From positions 372,001-436,000 of the forward strand of contig CP089277.1 of assembly GCA_023920165.1 (NCBI GenBank): 64,000 nt of DNA. The letters are read 5' to 3'. The position numbers and the translations under genes were made by a program. The notes beneath the pieces were generated by a model that did not search any database, was not told the DNA's origin, and saw only the letters and a list, made by a program, of their open reading frames with translations. Positions within the stretch are counted from its first letter, which is position 1. Every line of letters starts with the position of its first letter. This document shows positions 60,569 to 64,000 of the stretch, piece by piece. Source of the stretch: Curvularia clavata. Its lineage: Eukaryota.

Positions 60569-63337
60569 GGAGATGACATATGTATAAACCGCCGCTCCTG
60601 AGTATACGGTTGTGGCACCACCAAGGATACCCTAATTATTTGCTCATTCCAATTCCATTCTACCAATGTATTACTAGATCTCTTATGCGTTTTGATCTTT
60701 GTCTGCTGATGTGATATAAACCAATGCCTCCTCCGGTCGTACCACCAAATCTTTTACATGTCACTTTTTGCAATGGGTAATAGGTTGGCTTGCCGTTTCA
60801 AAACAATACAAACCACATCTGTCAAGTAATAGACACACGGTAATTATCACTATCTCAATTTTCCGTCTTTGCATTTGCCAGATAAAGAAGAGAAACCTCT
60901 TTTGACTATTGGGCCGCGACAAAATGCATTGATGAAGCAAGCTACTCACAAGCAAAATGGCAGCCTCAGGAAGCTTTACCGACATGAAGCATCCTATCTT
61001 ACCCCCTTTTCTCTCGTTTCATAGCTGAGTAATCTCACATGCAGAATTTCATCCCAGCTGAGCCATTCTACAACACCAATTCCATTTCCGTGCCCCCCTT
61101 TTCCAAAGTTTCAACCTGCTACCAAACCCCTGGTGACTTATGAAACCTGCCGTCCACCACCGAGAATGCAGACCACATCAAAACAATCCCATGAGCATGA
61201 ACTCGGCGATTCATATTGTGCAACACGCCGCTCTTGTTAAGAAAGTTACCAAGTAGGCCTTGCGTGACCCACCGAGGACAAAGACGAAACTCCTCACCTC
61301 ACATCACGCCATGTAACAACACGTCTCATATCGCAGCGTAGTCAACAACATCCGGCTGGGCTCGCCAAGAGAACCAGGCGGCTGCATGAAATCTCAACCT
61401 CAGGCCTTATTACGGCGCGAAATCCGCAGGGCGCAGGCGCAAAACCCTTGCAAGCCACCGAGAAATGAAGAGGATTACGGAAGCCAGGGTAGCGGGGCGC
61501 CCGTTTAACATACTCGGGGTCCGTACAAATGTCGCTACATAGATTAGAGTTTGTTAACGTGTATGTGCGATTGGAAAGATGAGATAAAAAGTGGCTGGTA
61601 AGGACGGTCCCAAGCAATCCCTTCCCTTTTGCAACCCCCCCGGCCATTATCCTCCACTTCCCGCGCAACCTCGTCAGCCAGGGCATCCCCAGATCACCAA
61701 CGATCAGCTAACCCGACTCGCCAAGTCCAGGGTGGCCTGTTGGGGAACGGGGACGAGGTAGCAATGCCAGGACGATGCCAGTTTTAGTTCTGACATCTTT
61801 CGTAGGGCGAGCGAAGTTCCCGGACGTTTTGAAAGAATCTACAGAAGTCTGGGCTGTCACTGCCGTTCAACCGGCCCTTCTGGAACGCAAAAGTGTTTTT
61901 CCAATGAGATAGTGTATCTAAGCATCCAGCTAGTGCTTTCTAGCCCGGCACACTGTCCACCCGTCTTTCCGAGGGAGATAACACGAAAAAAAAGCAGTTC
62001 GGATAACGGAGTAAAGTTTGGGACGTTTTGTCGGATGTTGGCCCTTTGTAACAAGCGGGCCCCACTTAATTCTGTTTTAGTCTGATCCCCAATCGTAATT
62101 GAACTTTCAGCTGGTCCCCATAGATATGATGATGCACTTGAATTGTGATAGGACGTGATGGTGAAATGCGGCGTTTGGTTGAAACCACCGACATGGCAAC
62201 CACAAGGAAAAGAATAATCTCGCAATTCGCCTAGGGAGGTGTACGAAGTTGAACATACGCGGCTCCCTATCTTACTGGTAGTCCGGCAACAACAACACCA
62301 AACTTGCAGCAAGCACACACCAGCAGCGACATTAGCGCCCGCTCATCCGAACCTAACCGTCGCCCAGGTGAATCTAACAGTCATACTGCATCTTCCCGCT
62401 GCAAAACAACGCTCCTCCACATACCCAACGGAATACTCTCCGCCCACGTGACATTGTTTGGCCCGCAAAAAAACCCACACAACTAAGTGTAGTAGCCCAC
62501 GTATCCACATCCGACACCCGCAATCACGATCGCAAAAACCCGTACTTTCGTAACTCCACCTAACATGGCTCCATTTCTTCGTCTCCCCCCCTCCCCCTCT
62601 CTTCCAGTGCTTAATCTTAGTAGATTCTGCTATTTTTGCCCCCTTTCAGTGCGGTGAATGCGTGGCGGCCAGATACCCGACATCCACATACGTATTTGTA
62701 CGGGGTATACGCGCAAAATGCAATCATGGGCTACGTAAGTACAAGGGGGATACAAGGGATTACAACAAGTACGAGGCAAGGAAAAAACAAGTACCGACGG
62801 TGGGGGGTTTTGGTGTCGGTCCGACTGCGGGTGGTTAGAGGTTAGCTTTATGATGGATGTGCCGAGGAGGGGAGCTTTGAGCCGCTTACTGCGGCGGAAT
62901 GGATGTGGGATTGAGGAAGGAGTGCCCGTGGGGCTGTTATTGTTGTTGAGAACTGAAGTCGTTGCAGCGTATTCTATGGTGGTTTCGTGTATGCATGCGG
63001 ATTGAAGGGAGGTTGGTAACGACGGCGAGATTGATTTGCCCTTAGCGTTTTGTGTGCGCCAGGAAGGCCTGTGTAAGATTGGTGAGTAGGAGCGTCTCAA
63101 GTTTGCACTTCATCCAAGGAATCAACAGTAAGATACCGGTATCTCAATTGATGTGATGTAACAAATGCATTCTTTGTATCAGCTAATATATGATCGAGTC
63201 TATGATCTATGGCGACTAGCGCTCTGTATCATCCTCTTCAAAAGTAGAGACAAGAAAAGGTACTACCCATGCGCCAACACGCCTATGCTATGCTATAGAG
63301 AATTAAACGTAACGTGGAGAAGAAAAGATTCGCCAAA

Positions 63338-64000
63338 CTACTCGTCAATCACACCAGTCGCCATCATGCTCTCCTTGAGAGCCTTCTTATATTCGCGCTC
63401 CATGCCGTGCTTGACTGCGTCAAGGACAGTGTTGACAATGGCCTTGGGCTCAAAGCGGGGCGTTGTGCCGTCTTGGAAGACACCAGTCTTGACCAAGATC
63501 GAGTACCAGTTCGCGTCGGGGTTTTGTTCGTTGTACTCATTGGTACCCCGAATGTCCGATTCGGGTGTGTCTCCTACAAAGTAGACGGTGGATGGAGGCG
63601 AGTCAATGCCGTGTGTGTCTTTGCGCCATTCCTGAAGGAGGCGTGTAGCGAACTGGAAAGTGCCGATTTGCGGCTTTCCGAATGCAGTCGTCTCAAGAGT
63701 GCGGCCGGTGACAGCCTTGAACATAGCCTCTAGAGAAACGCGGAGGGCGCCCATACCAATGCGAGTGAGGTCATGCGAAGCGCTCCAGACTACGTCGTTG
63801 TGCGAGAAGAAAACAGGTGGGCCCTCGTCAAAGTTCTCGGACCTAGTGCCGAGACGACCCTTCTTCGACATTAGCAGGTCCAGAATGATCTGTTGATCGG
63901 AAGCCCAATCGCGCGAATCGGCAAAAACGAAAATAGCCTCGATTTCGACCTCGGCGAAATTACGGGTTCGTGAGTTGTTGTATTCTTCCTCTGTAAGCTT
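63338..64000 (-). CDS. HAD-superfamily IIA hydrolase, CECR5/YKR070W-like (5'-partial)
   Basis: Motifs IEAIFVFADSRDW, FFSHNDVVW..RIGMGA, FGKPQIGTFQFA, YFVGDTPESDIRG and SILVKTGVF. Confidence 0.9.
   Translation of the reverse strand, partial: KLTEEEYNNSRTRNFAEVEIEAIFVFADSRDWASDQQIILDLLMSKKGRLGTRSENFDEGPPVFFSHNDVVWSASHDLTRIGMGALRVSLEAMFKAVTGRTLETTAFGKPQIGTFQFATRLLQEWRKDTHGIDSPPSTVYFVGDTPESDIRGTNEYNEQNPDANWYSILVKTGVFQDGTTPRFEPKAIVNTVLDAVKHGMEREYKKALKESMMATGVIDE

Noticed and set aside
60570..63330. 2.8-kb gap with short ORFs and a degenerate ACAAG repeat near 62740-62795
   Set aside because: No transposon termini, domains or convincing gene structure.

Overview
Gene-dense, intron-containing genomic DNA from a filamentous ascomycete; a Dothideomycete/Pleosporales-like origin is inferred from gene style and is not proven. 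The window holds about 20 protein-coding genes. In order they are: the POL3 3' end, a secreted FAD oxidoreductase, a secreted cupredoxin, a conserved disordered protein, BUD32, an SREBP (SrbA/Sre1) and an NsdD-type GATA factor divergent across ~9 kb, GSH1, an amidohydrolase, a HET-domain gene, adjacent TOM22 and TOM40, a YLR345W-type PFK-2, two orphans, an alpha/beta hydrolase, a GPI-type surface protein, a Zn-ADH, cyclophilin PPIL2, a bilirubin-oxidase-like multicopper oxidase and a partial CECR5-like HAD hydrolase. I found no tRNA, rRNA, CRISPR array or intact transposon. The best candidate for something undescribed is a short minus-strand ORF at 3880-4128 ending in a CAAX box (…GTPGGIGPG-CAVM*), which looks like an a-factor-class lipopeptide pheromone precursor. 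Other notable signals are a perfect SrbA-type site upstream of the SREBP gene, unusual splicing potential in nsdD, TOM22-TOM40 linkage and a bilirubin oxidase lacking the cross-linking Trp. Exon boundaries and family assignments were made by eye, with no database searches.
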